Notes: generated by a model from the sequence alone, not told the origin. Counted from the stretch's first letter, positions 25,110-40,104 are shown. The stretch: 64,000 bases of DNA from Octopus vulgaris (GCA_951406725.2 OX597838.1:36952001-37016000); one strand, 5' to 3'. Program-made: numbers and translations.

Positions 25110-25915
25110 GGACGGTTTGGTAGGATCCGATGAGCTATCTGGACGGTTTGGTAGGATCCGATGAGCTATCTGAACGGTTTGGTAGGATCTGATGAGCTAT
25201 CAGGACGGTTTGGTAGGATCTGATGAGCTATCTGGACGGTCTGGTAGGATCCGATGAGCTATCCGGACGGTCCGGTAGGATCCGATGAGCTATCTGGACG
25301 GTTTGGTAGGATCCGATGAGCTATCTGAACGGTTTGGTTGGATCTGATGAGCTATCAGGACGGTTTGGTAGGATCCGATGAGCTATCTGGACGGTCTGGT
25401 AGGATCCGATGAGCTATCTGGATGGTCTGGTAGGATCCGATGAGCTATCTGGACGGTTTGGTAGGATCCAATTAGCTATCTGGACGGTTTGGTAGGATCC
25501 AATGAGCTATCTGAACGGTTTGGTAGGATCTGATGAGCTATCAGGACGGTTTGGTAGGATCCGATGAGCTATCTGAACAGTCTGGTAGGATCCGATGAGC
25601 TATCTGGATGGTCTGGTAGGATCCGATGAGCTATCTGGATGGTTTGGTAGGATCCAATGAGCTATCTGAACGGTTTGGTAGGATCTGATGAGCTATCAGG
25701 ACGGTTTGGTAGGATCTGATGAGCTATCTGGACGGTTTGGTAGGATCTGATGAGGTATCTGGACGGTTTGGTAGGATCCGATGAGCTATCTGGACGGTTT
25801 GGTAGGATCATCCGATGAGCTATCTGGACGGTTTGGTAGGATCTGATGAGCTATTTGGATGGTTTGGTAGGATCCGATGAGCTATCTGGACGGTTTGGTA
25901 GGATCCAATGAGCTG
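25110..25915. repeat. 31-bp minisatellite, 26 units, inside a family E element
   Basis: Unit GGACGGTTTGGTAGGATCCGATGAGCTATCT, counted by eye; contiguous units with no spacers. Confidence 0.97.
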
Positions 25916-26247
25916 CTGTGCCGAGTTCCAGTGTCAGCTCTGGCAGGGTTTTTATGATTAAATACCTGTCCTTCTGCCAACCACATCAATAATAATATGT
26001 ACAAGGTGCTTTTTTTTTCTTCATGATACTTGCCCCAATGAAGTTGTTGAGTAACTTCTAAGACAGAAAAAAAAATAACAGTGGAAATGCAAAAGGAGAT
26101 GGAGAAAAAACTCACCCTACTAACTGTTGGGGTGCATTTGAGGGGAGATGAGGGCTTTCTGCCCTCAAGTGTTAAAAGCCTGAAGTATGACAGAGGGAGT
26201 TATGGATTAGTGTCATGCTATAAAGGAAATACATGGTTATCTGATAT

Positions 26248-26294
<47 letters not shown>

Positions 26295-26295
<1 letters not shown>

Positions 26296-26592
26296 GATAG
26301 CAATGGCCCAGCAGTTAGGGCAGCGAACTGGCAGTTGTAGGATTGCGGTTTCGATTCCCAGACCGGACGTTGTGTGTGTTTATTGAGCGAAAACACCTAA
26401 AAGCTCCACAAGGCTCCAGCTGGGTTGGTGATCCCTGCTGTACTCTTTCACCACTCTTTCTCTCTTTCTTCTGTTGGCCTGCTCGCTCAGCCAGCGATGT
26501 GGCATCATTTGAAGGCTAAAACAATGTGAAGCGCATTGTGACCAATGATGTGTTGCAACATCTGATGGTCTGGTTGGTCACGTGATCACGTG
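26295..26592 (+). mobile_element. SINE family C head with alternative (non-V) tail
   Basis: GCAATGGCCCAGCAGTTAGGGCAGCG...GGTTTCGATTCCC head; tail ...GCATTGTGACCAATGATGTG...GGTCACGTGAT. Inverted copy at 61557-61860; tail fragment at ~205-257. Confidence 0.8.
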
Positions 26593-26649
26593 ATATATAT
26601 ATATACATACCTGTGTGCATGTTTGCATATATACCATCTATATTATTAA

Positions 26650-26680
<31 letters not shown>

Positions 26681-26709
26681 GTGTGTGTGTGTGTGTGTAT
26701 ACATGGAGG

Positions 26710-26772
<63 letters not shown>

Positions 26773-27015
26773 GTATACCACCTGCCACTTTGATATTGCA
26801 ACTTGCTTGCTGTTTAAGTATATGTTACTTTTCTATCTCTTCTGTGTATATAGGCACAACAGTGTGTGGTAAGTAGCTTCCTTACCAACCATCTGGTTCT
26901 GTGTTCAGTGTCACTGCATGGTACTTTGGGCTATTGTCTTGTATTGTAGCCTCGGGCCAGCCAAAGCCTAATGAGTGAATTTGGTAGATGGAAACTGAAA
27001 GAACCCTGTCACATA

Positions 27016-27056
<41 letters not shown>

Positions 27057-27284
27057 CAAAATAAGAAAATGGAGAAATACATCTAAATCATTTATCAACT
27101 ACCAGATAATACCCAATCACATACTTTATTAAACCACTACATAAGAACATTAGGGTTAAACATTAAAATATATAACAAAACAGTGTACATGAATGAGTAA
27201 TACAATACGAAAAGTACTTCACTGGCAGTATATTGGATATAAGTTATCCCGTGGAGGGTTGAATTTGCAACCCCTATCTCAATT

Positions 27285-27337
<53 letters not shown>

Positions 27338-27378
27338 CTGTAAAATAATATGTGACAATTATTCGGTAGCCAAGATAA

Positions 27379-27577
27379 GGCGGCGAGCTGGCAGAAACGT
27401 TGGCACGTTGGGCGTTGTGAGTTCAAATTCCGCCAAGGTTGACTTTACCTTTCATCCTTTCGAGGTCGATAAATTAAGTACCAGTTACGCACTGGGATCG
27501 ATGTAATCGACTTAATACCTATGTCTGTCCTTGTTTGTCCCCTCTATGTTTAGCCCCTTGTGGGTAGTAAAGAAATA
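27379..27577 (+). mobile_element. SINE family B with 14-bp TSD, inserted in a fold-back Penelope-like terminus (27336-27650)
   Basis: GGTAGCCAAGATAA at 27365-27378 and 27578-27591; outer inverted arms ATCTGTAAAATAATATGTGACA / TGTCACATATTATTTTACAGAT. Confidence 0.85.
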
Positions 27578-27715
27578 GGTAGCCAAGATAAAACTCTGAG
27601 TTTCGGATGCTGAGGTGGAAATCCACTTGTCACATATTATTTTACAGATAAATTTCCTCTATTTACATAATATTGAGGTCTCTTTCTTTCTTTTGTTATC
27701 TTACCATTTTTACCA

Positions 27716-27749
<34 letters not shown>

Positions 27750-28496
27750 ATGTTTGTGTGTCTGTGTTTATTCCCACCACCATGGCTTAGCAACTGATAC
27801 TGGTGTGTTTACATCCATGTAACTTAGCGGTTTGGCAAAAGCGATCGATAATATACATACTAGGCTTACAAAGAATAAATCCTGGAGTTGATTCGTTCGA
27901 CTAAAGGCAGTGATGCTCTCCCACTACTTCTGCTTGTGATCAGAGATGCACATATCGTCAGCCACTAAGGGACATGATCAACTGGTTAAGGTCAAACAAC
28001 TGACAAGCAAATCTGTGGTATTGAGCAGAATATTTGCTGTAGCCCATCTTTTATACCAAGACAAAACAATGTACATGATGACACTTCCAATCAGTGATAT
28101 TTCACACATTGTTCGGAGAGTTGATAAAATAAGTACCAGTTGAGTACTGGGGTCAATGTAATTGACTAGTACATCTCATGTGTTGAGAGGAATTCTTGGA
28201 AGTTTGGATAATTCACCTCTGGAAACATGGGTGTTTTGTTCAACATCCTTAAACAGTCCTTATTCAGGGACCTTTTGAGCAGGATGGGCTACTCGATCAG
28301 AAGAAAGTTCTAACTGGGCCCCACCTGCAAGGTCATGCGCTGTTTATCTTGATATGAGATCTCCATGTCACGCACATATGGTTGTGATGCATGTGCCTGG
28401 TGTACCCTTATCAGACGGGTAGTCATGATGGGTATACTGGGCTTCATATATTTTACCCCCAGTGTCACTTTGATGGCATGCACTGCTCTCTCACTC

Positions 28497-28530
<34 letters not shown>

Positions 28531-28532
28531 GT

Positions 28533-28945
28533 GGCACAGGAGTGGCTGTGTGGTAAGTAGGTTGCTTACCAACCACATGGTTCCGGGTTCAGTCCCACTG
28601 CGTGGCATCTTGGGCAAGTGTCTTCTGCTATAGCCCTGGGCCGACCAATGCCTTGTGAGTGGATTTGGTAGACGGAAACTGAAAGAAGCCTGTCGTATAT
28701 ATGTATATATATATGTGTGTGTGTGCGTGTGTTTGTGTGTTTGTCCCGCTAGCATTACTTGACAACCGATGCTGGTGTGTTTACGTCCCCGTCACTTAGC
28801 GGTTCGGCAAAAGAGACCGATAGAATAAGTACTGGGCTTACAAAGAATAAGTCCCGGGGTCGATTTGCTCGACTAAAGGCGGTGCTCCAGCATGGCCGCA
28901 GTCAAATGACTGAAATAAGTAAAAGAGTAAAAGAGTAAAAGAGTA
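28533..28945 (+). mobile_element. SINE family A, full length
   Basis: Consensus match with (GTAAAAGA)3 tail. Confidence 0.9.
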
Positions 28946-29127
28946 GTGGTTTCAAATTTTGCCCCCATTTCCAACTAGTACTTATTTTATCGGCCCTGAA
29001 AGAATGAAAGGTAAAACTGACCTCAGTGGAATTTGAACTCAGAACGTAACAATGAGTGAAATAATGCTAAGCATTTCATCCAGCACACTAAAGTTTCTGC
29101 CTGCTCACTACCTTCATAATAATGATA

Positions 29128-29530
29128 AAGTAGCTTGCTAACCAACCACATGGTTACGGGTTCAGTCCCACTGCGTGGCATCTTAGGCAAGTGTCTTCTG
29201 CTATAGCCCCGGGCCGACCAATGCCTTGTGAGTGGATATGGTAGACGGAAACTGAAAGAAGCATGTCGTATATATGTATATATATATGTATATATATATG
29301 TATATATATATGTGTGTGTATGTGTTTGTGTGTCTGTGTTTGTCCCCCTAGCATTGCTTGACAACCGATACTGGTGTGTTTACGTCCCCGTCACTTAGCG
29401 GTTCGGCAAAAGAGACCGATAGAATAAGTACTGGGCTTACAAAAAGAATAAGTCCCAGGGTCAATTTGCTCGACTAAAGGCGGTGCTCCAGCATGGCCGC
29501 AGTCAAATGACTGAAACAAGTAAAAGAGAA
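29128..29530 (+). mobile_element. SINE family A, slightly 5'-truncated
   Basis: Consensus match. Confidence 0.88.
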
Positions 29531-29653
29531 ATATTAATAATAATAATAATAATAATAATAATGATAATAACAATCATCATCATCATCATCATAACAACAA
29601 CAGTAGTAATAATGATAAATGTTGTGGGAATAAATACAACAGCAGCAACAATG

Positions 29654-29695
<42 letters not shown>

Positions 29696-30155
29696 TAACA
29701 ATAATAATAGCAACAATAGTAATAATGATAAATATAGTAGGAATAACAACAACAAGGACAACAGCAACAATAAGTATAGTAATAACGAGCTAGCAAACAA
29801 AAATATCCATTATAGTGAATTGAATATTTGCAGAAGTTTGAAATTAAAATTCAGCTAAGGTAGAGTTTTGAATGGGAAAATGGCTTGTGCACCTGCTAGG
29901 ACTTGTGATGCCATTTTCTACCTTAGCAGCTTTCATTTTTGAGATTAAATACCGTAAGCAGTCATGTGTGTGTGTGTGTATGTGTGTGTGTGTGTGTGTG
30001 TCTTTGTGTGTGTATATATGTATATATGTATATAAGTATATATATGTGAACATATAGATGAAATTATTACATATTCATAAACTAAAATGCATGCAGATAC
30101 ATACACATTTAGGGGGCTATGTGCATGTACACATTCACATATAGTCAAGCATACT

Positions 30156-30211
<56 letters not shown>

Positions 30212-30296
30212 CATACACACACAAAAACATATATATATATATATATACATACATATTTATATAAAAATATATATATTTATTATACTATATATATAT

Positions 30297-30328
<32 letters not shown>

Positions 30329-30532
30329 CATACATACATACACACACAAAAACATATATATATATATATATACATACATATTTATATAAAAATATATATA
30401 TTTATTATACTATATATATATTGTGTGTGTATATATATATATATATATACATATATATACTCACATATACACACACACACACATATATATATACACACAC
30501 ATATATACACACATATATACACACACACATAT

Positions 30533-30578
<46 letters not shown>

Positions 30579-30713
30579 GTATTAGATATATATATATTGA
30601 ATATACATAAATTTACCTGTCCATATAAATAAATGTATATGCATGCATATGAAAATATATATAAATGTGTGTGTTTGTGTGTGTGTGAATATATATATAT
30701 AAACATATGTATG

Positions 30714-30781
<68 letters not shown>

Positions 30782-31341
30782 TGTATGTATGTATGTATGT
30801 ATGTATGTATGTATGTATGCATGCATGCATGCATGCATGCATGCATGCATGTATGTATGTATGTATGTATACACATATGCACAAGCTCACACACATATAT
30901 ACATCTCTATGGATGCCATCCCTGTCACCAAACCTCTACTGTTTACAAATAAAATTTAAGAGAATTCTTCCACATGACCAGATGATTTTTCTTCGAAAAT
31001 TAAAAATAAAGGTCACCACATGCAGAATGCTCTCATTTGCCACAATCATATAATACTAAAGCAAGGATATGTATGTGTATGTGTGTGTGTATGTATGTAT
31101 GTATGTATGTATGTATGTATGTATGTATGTATGTATGCGTATATATGTATATATATATATATATATATATAAAATAAGCAGGAGTGGCTGTGTGGTAAGT
31201 AGCTTCCTTACCAACAACATGGTTCCAGGTTCAGTCCCATTGCGTGGCACCTTGGGGATGTGTCTTCTACTATGGCCTCGGGCCGACCAAAGGCCGTGTG
31301 AGTGGATTTGGTAGACGGAAACTGAATGAAGCCCGTCGTTC

Positions 31342-31387
<46 letters not shown>

Positions 31388-31611
31388 ATATTTGTGTGTG
31401 TATATATGTATGTATGTATATATATATGCTTCAAAATGAACTGCTTCTAGCTAGCTTTGGTAGGCAGCCTCAACACCAACCTGTTTCTCTTTTTGTTCAA
31501 ACTAGACTTTTAGTGGTAAACCAAACTGAACACTCATAGTACTAACCTGTTATATTATGTCATTAGACAAAAATCTGTTATGCATGAAAAAAAAAAGAAA
31601 ATATATATATA

Positions 31612-33222
31612 TATACCTTAGAACTTAGAATAACTTAGTAAGGTTTTAGCCAGTATTGGCCCAGGCAATGTCTAACTTAATAGCACCACCTGGCGAAGTC
31701 TTTCAATTCAGGATTTGGGCACCAAAGCCCATTCAAGCAGGGAGTTATTGTTTGCGGAGACATATCCAGGTGTGGATGGTTTGTCCGGGACTGTTTGAAG
31801 GAATTTGTCCAAAGACTTCTTGAAATTTGTGTGGTCAGTTTCTGTTTTGACGTGTCCTGGTGTAATGTTGAAGAGAGCGGGTCCAATTGAGGTGAAATAA
31901 TTGTGCCGTATTGTCGTTATGTGATGCGATTTAGATTTTTGTTGTGGACGGATGGCACGTGGTCCAAGCCTTGGATGTATTTTGAAGGTGATGCCAACAT
32001 CATTCGGACAGTGCTGATGGAATATTTTCCACATCATACAGATAATGTAGCATTCATAGCGTCGTTGGAGTGAATACAGTTTCAGCTTTTCTAGTCTACC
32101 CCAGTTGTCGAGGTCTGACATGCCATCTATATTTTTTGTTATTAACCTTTGGGGAGCTTCAATTCTCATAATATTTTGTTTCATGTAGGGAGACCACAGT
32201 GGACAGCAGTATTCAAAGTGGGGTCGGGCAAAAGTGGAGAAGAGAAGGATAATGGTGTGGGAATCTCTCGACTGGAAGGTTCTGAGAATCCAGGAACACA
32301 TTCTGCGAGTCATGTCAACTTTGCTGCTTATATGTGTAGCCCAGCTTATGTTCTTGTCCACTTCTTATCACCATGAGAATTTCTCCAGAAGGAATGGAGT
32401 ATGGGTGTTTCAGAGCGTCCTGCCTTCCAAAGTGGATCAGTTCGAATTTGTCTTTGTTTAGTAACATGTTGTTCTTTTCCGCCCATTGGACAACAGTCAG
32501 TAGGTCTGACTGAAGGTTTATTTGGTCATCCACGCCATTGATGACCTTCTGGAGCTTGGAATCATCAGCGAAGGTTCTGATGTTACTGTGTTTCATGGTG
32601 TCAGTAATATCATTAATGTAGATGATGAAGAGAAGTGGGCCCAACACAGTGCCTTGTAGGACACCACTACTGACTTTGGCTGGGCTGGCTTTGACTCCTT
32701 CGACTACAACATGTTGGGTTCTGATAGACAGGAAGCACTTGATCCATTGCAGCAGCTTTCCAGTGACACCAATATTGGACGGCTCTCTCAAAAGGATCTT
32801 ATGATCAACCCTGTCAAAGGCCTTGCTGAAATCAAGGTAGATGACATCAGTGTTGGAACCCTCTCTCAAGGCTCTCAAAATGTCATCAAAATGATGCAGT
32901 AGCTGCGTCAGGCAATCCCTTCCATTACGGAATCCATGCTGGTTGGAGTTCAGCATATTATGACTCAAGGAAGTGAGTCATATGCGATCTCAGCACTCTC
33001 TCAAATACCTTAATGATATGAGAGGTGAGTGAGATTGGAAGGTAATTCATGGCAAACGATTTGTTTCCGTTTTTGAAAACTGGGACAACAAACTGGGATA
33101 GAAGGTCTTCTGGTATATATCCAGCATCCAGTGAGTTCCGCCACAGATTGGCTAGATGGGGTGCAAGTTGGTGTTGACACATCTTCAAGACACAAGCAGG
33201 GAACCTATCGGGACCTGTTTCT
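31612..33222 (-). mobile_element. 5'-truncated CR1/L2-type LINE; reverse transcriptase ORF2 pseudogene in three frames
   Basis: GPD...NYLPISLTSHIIKVFER; QHGFRNGRDC; YLDFSKAFDRVDH; SGVLQGTVLGPLLFIIYIND; FADDSK; RPHFEYCCPLWSP; LYSLQRR. Frameshifts near 32960 and 32360. Confidence 0.95.
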
Positions 33223-33254
33223 CCCTCTCTCACTCTCTCGATATATATATATAT

Positions 33255-33486
33255 CATCATCATCATCATCATCATCGTTTAACGTCCGCTTTCCATGCTA
33301 GCATGGACGGTTCAACTAGGGTCTGGGAAACCAGAAGGCTGCACCAGGCCCAGTCTGATCTGGCAGTGTTTCTATAGCTGGATGCCCTTCCTAACGCCAA
33401 CCACTCCGTGAGTGTAGTGGGTGCTTTTTATGTGCCAGACGAGGCTGGCAAACAACCACGATCGGATGGTGCTTTTTACATGCCAC

Positions 33487-33490
<4 letters not shown>
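33255..33490 (-). mobile_element. Repeat family E (AGGAAGGGCATCCAGCTGTAG core, (GAT)n tail)
   Basis: Matches copies at 41367-41630, 41750-42280, 48800-49185, 50057-50310 and 57147-57405. Confidence 0.8.
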
Positions 33491-33552
<62 letters not shown>

Positions 33553-33687
33553 ATATATATATATATGTGTATATATATATGTGTGTGTATGTATATGTAT
33601 ATGTGTGTATATATGTATGTATATGTATATGTGTGTATATATATATATATATGTATGTGTCTATATATATATATATGTGTATATATA

Positions 33688-33722
<35 letters not shown>

Positions 33723-34007
33723 GTGTATGTATATATATATGTATATATATCTAAATATATATGTGTATGTATATATATATGTATATATATCTAAATATAT
33801 ATGTGTATGTATATATATATGTATATATATCTAAATATATATGTGTGCATATATATATGTGTGTGTATATATATCTAAATATATTTGTAGATATATATAT
33901 GTGTGTGCGTATATATATACATATGTATATATATATATAAAATTCAGGGTGAATACTTGATAATTGTAAGCACCTGTATATGACATTTAGTGGTGTAGGT
34001 GATAGAG

Positions 34008-34842
34008 TATATTTATCAAAATAAAAACATGATGCAAAGGATTTAGCGGTACATATGTTTCGGGCCTTTATTAGACGGTTTATAACAATGCATAATTGAT
34101 GTAAATGTGTGTCTATAGCCTTCTTCAGCCGCGTACAATTACTCCTTCAAGGACATGTATTACATTATAAGTTTTACGTTGGGGATGCAAATCCTCATAG
34201 TCGTGTACAACAGAGCGAGGCACCAAAACAAAATCGAAGCGTCCATCCCGTTTTTCACTAGATGTAGAATGAGGAAGTTGGATGTTGAGATAGAGAGGGA
34301 AGGAGCTGGGGGGTGGGTTAATCTTTAGTGAGTTAGGGATCACAAAGAGGGAGGGTAGTGGGTGCAAAAGGTAGTAAAAGAATGAAAAATTACAAAGAAG
34401 TAAAAATTTAAAAAATATATAAAATATATAAGGATATAAAAAAGTATATAAGTATATAAATATATAAATACACACAGCCGTGAAAAAAGCATGGGAATAT
34501 AAATAAATAGAGATAAAGATAAAGAAGAGAAAAATAAAGATGAAGAAAATAAGTATAAGGAAATTAAAGAAAATATAAAGGGATAAAGAAATATAAAGGG
34601 ATGAAGAAATATAAAGGGGTGAAGAACTACAAGGGTGGTCAGAAGATAACGTAAGGTACAGAAAAAGGACATATTCGGTTGTTGAAACCTAAGGTTGTAA
34701 TTGGGGGTGTCATAAATTAACTAGAAGAAGGCTATAGACACACATTTACATCAATTATGCATTGTTATAAACCGTCTAATAAAGGCCCGAAACATATGTA
34801 CCGCTAAATCCTTTACATCATGATTTTATTTTGATAAATATA
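34008..34842. mobile_element. Element with ~115-bp inverted terminal arms carrying an HHR (minus strand 34046-34132)
   Basis: 34008-34127 is the reverse complement of 34724-34842. Minus strand GCGG-CTGAAGA-AGGC...GGCCC-GAAACATATGTA-CCGC. Confidence 0.75.
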
Positions 34843-35270
34843 TATATATACATACATATGTGTATATATATGTATATATATATATATTATATAATATGAA
34901 TATTAGACATGTACATATATATATTACATATGTATATTATATATATATGTATATCATGTATATATATTATGTATATGTATATATATTATATATATACATG
35001 TACATATATATATATTAACTATATATGATACACACACAAACATATGTACAAATGACTGCATGTATATACAATTTACAGTATATATTTTTAATAACTGTAT
35101 AAATTTACATATACGTGCATGTATGTATGTGTATGTATATATGTGTGTTTGTGCATATGTGAGTGTGGTTGTATGTATAAAGACTTATCTGAGTGTACAT
35201 ATGTTTCTATGTGAGTATGTGTGACATCGGTATGGATGTGTATCCATGCATACTATTTTTACATTTCGAC

Positions 35271-35318
<48 letters not shown>

Positions 35319-35544
35319 TATTATTATAGGAGATGAATTTGAATTTTTCCATTCTCACCGTCAGAAAAAATATTAACATTTATATCTGTGCTCTTCTTGT
35401 CCTCGTCGTCACCACCACCGCCGCCGCCACCACCACCACCACCACCATTACCACCACCACCACCACCACCACCATTGTTACTAGTTGCAGAAGTTATAGT
35501 GCGGAGGTTATTTTTGTGTTTGATGAAACTTCTTCCTACAATGG

Positions 35545-35576
<32 letters not shown>

Positions 35577-35652
35577 GTTTCTTTTGCAATGTCAAACAAC
35601 TCTGTTGTACACAATGTAAATAATTCATTTTGTTATATGCTGAAAATATATC

Positions 35653-35687
<35 letters not shown>

Positions 35688-35735
35688 ATTAATATAAATA
35701 TATATATATGTATTAATATATATATATATACATAC

Positions 35736-35775
<40 letters not shown>

Positions 35776-36357
35776 ACATACATATACATATAGATATAAT
35801 ATATATGTACATATAGGTGTGTTGTGTATGTATAGGTATAAATTTGTATATATATGTGTGTGTGTGTGTGAGTGTATGTATGTTTATATTTGCGTGTTTG
35901 CACATATACCTGCTTACATTGTGGCTTACATATATGTATATATTTACGTTGATATGGAAACTATGTATACATACGTATATCTTAATATATATATATATAT
36001 ATATATGTATATACACACACATATACACACATATTTTTATATTTGTATACATAAGCTTCAAGAAAAATCTATCTCACCTGCTCTTACTTTATGTTTCATT
36101 AAAAGTTATTGCTCTATGATGACAATTTGCTTCTGTAAGTACGTTCACAAATGAGTTTGTGTGTGTCTTATATACAAGCTATCAATAAAATCTATTTGTA
36201 TATATATATATATTTATTTATACACATATACATATGTATGTATATATGTATGTTTGTATGTATGTATGTCTGTATCTATCTAGCAAGCTATCCCTGTATC
36301 TATGTATCTATCTATTTATCACTATGTATGTATGTTTGTATGTATTTATGTCTGCAC

Positions 36358-36405
<48 letters not shown>

Positions 36406-36715
36406 TTATTTATCATTGTGTATGTACGTATGTGTGTGTGTGTGTCTGTATATAAATATATATATTGTGTTGTATTCATTGTTAACCTACAGCAAAGGCA
36501 TTGCTTACATCAACCATCATATAGTTTATAGGACTTCTATATGGTATCAAATACACTTGATAATATGAACTTCCAGTTGTGAATGCACATAACATATATA
36601 TCAGACAATAGTATAACCTTTGTTGTTCTGAGATTGATTAACTTCCTAAGATTACATATTTATGTTTTTTTTAATTCAGAAATTACAATATATCATAAAC
36701 AGTTTAATGTATATT

Positions 36716-36790
<75 letters not shown>

Positions 36791-37618
36791 AAGAGAGTGT
36801 GCTGCCATACTTGACTTATCCAAGTAAATTTATGTTAATCTGCTGGCATTATAGTTTCCATGTTGCTATAAATTATATCTTTAGTGTCTGCATTTGTTGA
36901 AAATCTCAGATCTAATGTTTTGATAGCCTTCTTCTTTTGTTTTTTTTTTGTTTCTGAGGTTCCTTTATTATTCTTGTTGAAATGGTTTCAAGAATACAAA
37001 CAACAAAAGAAAGCTTCTACTATTATCTATTGTGCCATTTCTACTTTAAGCCACAATATTTGGTGAGAATTGATTGCTATTTCTTGCTGGTTGACTATCT
37101 AGATAGTTTTTCTTTGGATAATATGCAGTTTTCTTTTGCAGGCAATAGTAGAAAACATAAGAAATAAATGGCAAATAATTCTTAGAGGCTTGGCCACTTT
37201 CAATTTTGACTACCTCAGTTGTTATATAATCTGAACTCCTTTGCCAATGGAGTTTTGTGTAAAGTGGCTGAGTATTCCACATACATATTTACCCTTAACA
37301 TAATTGTCAGGGAGCAAAGTTGGACTTTTGAATTACTGATACATACAATCTATTTGGCAGCTATCCAAATAGATTCTCTTCTGTCAATCCCGTTATCCTT
37401 ACAAGGGGTAGGCTGATATCTTTTGTGTGTTCCACTCATTGGATTGTGGCCATGCTGGGGCACTGCCTGAAAGAGTTTTCTTGAATTAATCAACCCTAGA
37501 GTTCATTTTAAGTCTGGTGCTTAGTATATCAACCCCTTTTGCTGATCTGATAAGCTATGGTGGATGCAAACAAACCAATGACAGTTTGCGAGGGACAAAC
37601 ACAAAGACACACAGACAC

Positions 37619-37666
<48 letters not shown>

Positions 37667-38089
37667 CAGTCTTTCATATATTTTCTGTCTTCCAAATTCC
37701 CTCACAAATCATTGGTCATTTCAGGGCTATTGTAGCTGACAGTTATCCGATGTGCTGCACACTGGGACTGAACCTGAAACCACGTGGTTTCCTAACCACA
37801 CAGCAATACCTGTGCATGTAGGGTACAGGTAAAAAACAAATAATAACACGGTCAGTCTGTGACACAGATTGAACCTATGACCCCACACTTGTGAAGCAGA
37901 TTTCTTAACCACTTATCCATGACTATAATCTGTTGCACATCATGTAGAGTTTATGAGTGGTGATGGTGTCAGTGAGACCCAAAGGTGTCACGTAATGCTG
38001 AATAAGGGCTACGGATAGACTATAGTTGAGTTCCAGGTTCAGTGATTATGTGAATAAGGGGTCCAATGTAGGTCATATATCAGTATGTG

Positions 38090-38660
38090 TATATAAAAAT
38101 TTTTTTTTCCGTAATGAGATAAAAAACCCCGAACTATGTAGATTTTAGAACATTTATAAATAGAAGATCTTACAGCTGTTTCAAGGATATTTATTATATA
38201 TCTTCATTGGAGGCGGAGTGAGAAGATGGTTAAGCAATAGTTAATTTAGATAAGATACAAAATAGAGAGTGAGGTGGAGAAATGAAAATAGATGTGAGAT
38301 ATGCACATCTTGATTCTATAACACTGTGTATAAACTCTATACTTGGAATGACCAATTTTAAATACTTTTGGATTTTACTCATAAGGTTTTGGAATCTTAA
38401 AAGTATACCATTCTGCCTAAATAATGGATCTACAAATACAATATCCCTGCATATCTCACATCTATTTTCATTCCTCCACCTCACTCTCTACTTCGTATCC
38501 TATCTAAGTTAACTATTGCTTAACCATCTTATCACACCGTCTCCAAAGAAGGGATATATTACATATCCTAGAAACAGCTGTAAGGCCTTCTATTTATAAA
38601 TGTTCTAAAATCTACACAGCCTTGGTTTTTTTTATCTCATTACAGAAAAAATGTTTATAT
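38090..38660. mobile_element. Fold-back element with ~215-bp diverged inverted arms and degenerate HHR motifs
   Basis: 38090-38305 versus 38448-38660; GTCT-CCAAAGA-AGGGATAT..ATATCCTA-GAAACAGCTGTA-AGGC. Confidence 0.7.
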
Positions 38661-38674
38661 ATATATATATATAT

Positions 38675-38960
38675 ATATTCTATTGGTCTCTTTCACCAAA
38701 CTGCTAAGTTACTGGGATGTAAAAACACCAACATCAGTTGTCAAGCAATGTTGTGTGTGGGGGGACGAGCACAGACACACAAACATACACACACACACAC
38801 ACAGAGGCTTCTTTCAGTTTCCATCTACCAAATCCACTCACAAGGTTTTGGTCAGCCCGAGGCTATAGTAGAAGACACTTGCCCAAGGTGCCACGCAGTG
38901 GGACTGAACCCGGAACCATGTGGTCGGTGAACAAGCTACTTACCACACAGCCACTCCTGT
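38675..38960 (-). mobile_element. SINE family A, 3'-truncated
   Basis: Consensus match. Confidence 0.85.
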
Positions 38961-39245
38961 ATAAACATGTATGTGCCCATGTATGTGCATGTAGGCATGT
39001 TATTCAGAGTGATGATTGATATTTTGGGTAATATATCGCTACATGCACATATCACTGTATATCTGTATGCATAGGTGTATATAGACATATATACATATAC
39101 ACTTACATAAGCAGATAGGTATATACACATGCACATGAAATGTGTATGTGCAGTTACCTATATACCTATGTGTGTGTGTGTGTTAATGGGAGCCTGCACG
39201 TATGTGCATGCATGTATATGTATATATGTATATGTATGCATGTAG

Positions 39246-39277
<32 letters not shown>

Positions 39278-39545
39278 ATGTACATATATATACATATATA
39301 TGTATGTATATATATATACATATATATGTATATGTATATATATTTACATATATATGTATGTATATGTAGATATATATATATATACATATATATGTATGTA
39401 TATGTATATATACATTTATATATGTATGTATATGTATATATACATATATATATACGCTTGCATATACATATATATTCATATCTGTGCATGTGTATACATA
39501 TATATATATATAGATATAGATATATATATATATAAACACACACAT

Positions 39546-39577
<32 letters not shown>

Positions 39578-40019
39578 CTATATATATATATATACACATA
39601 TGCACACATATCTATATACATGTGTATATATGTGTGTGTGTATACACTACAGGCTATACATATGGAATATCTCTCATACCTTAACAGTGCTGTTAGCAGT
39701 TTGTAATTGATATTTTCTAATTAGCCGTTTTCTTGTTGGCTTTTGTGAAACCTAGCTTCTCCAGATAAGCACCGAGGCTGTTAGTTACAAATCCAGGTGC
39801 TACAGTAATCGCAGGTACAAATCTAAAGTTCTAATCCCGGTTGTAGTATCTACAAATTTCTAATTAGCACACAATAGATGTGTTTTGCTTGCTCGTTTGC
39901 TTATGTACCTATTATTTATTTATATTTAACATTATTCTAAAACATGTACTGGACAACTGGTTTCCACTACGTGTGCACATATTCAATGGTTGTGTATATA
40001 TGTCTGTGTGTATGTATAC

Positions 40020-40070
<51 letters not shown>

Positions 40071-40104
40071 TGTTTATGTATATATATATAGACACATATT
40101 TATG

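Noticed and set aside
25110-25915. CRISPR array or tandem hammerhead array (31-bp period, CTGATGAG in some units)
   Set aside because: Units are contiguous with no unique spacers, there are no cas genes, the context is eukaryotic, and no GAAA half-core is present.
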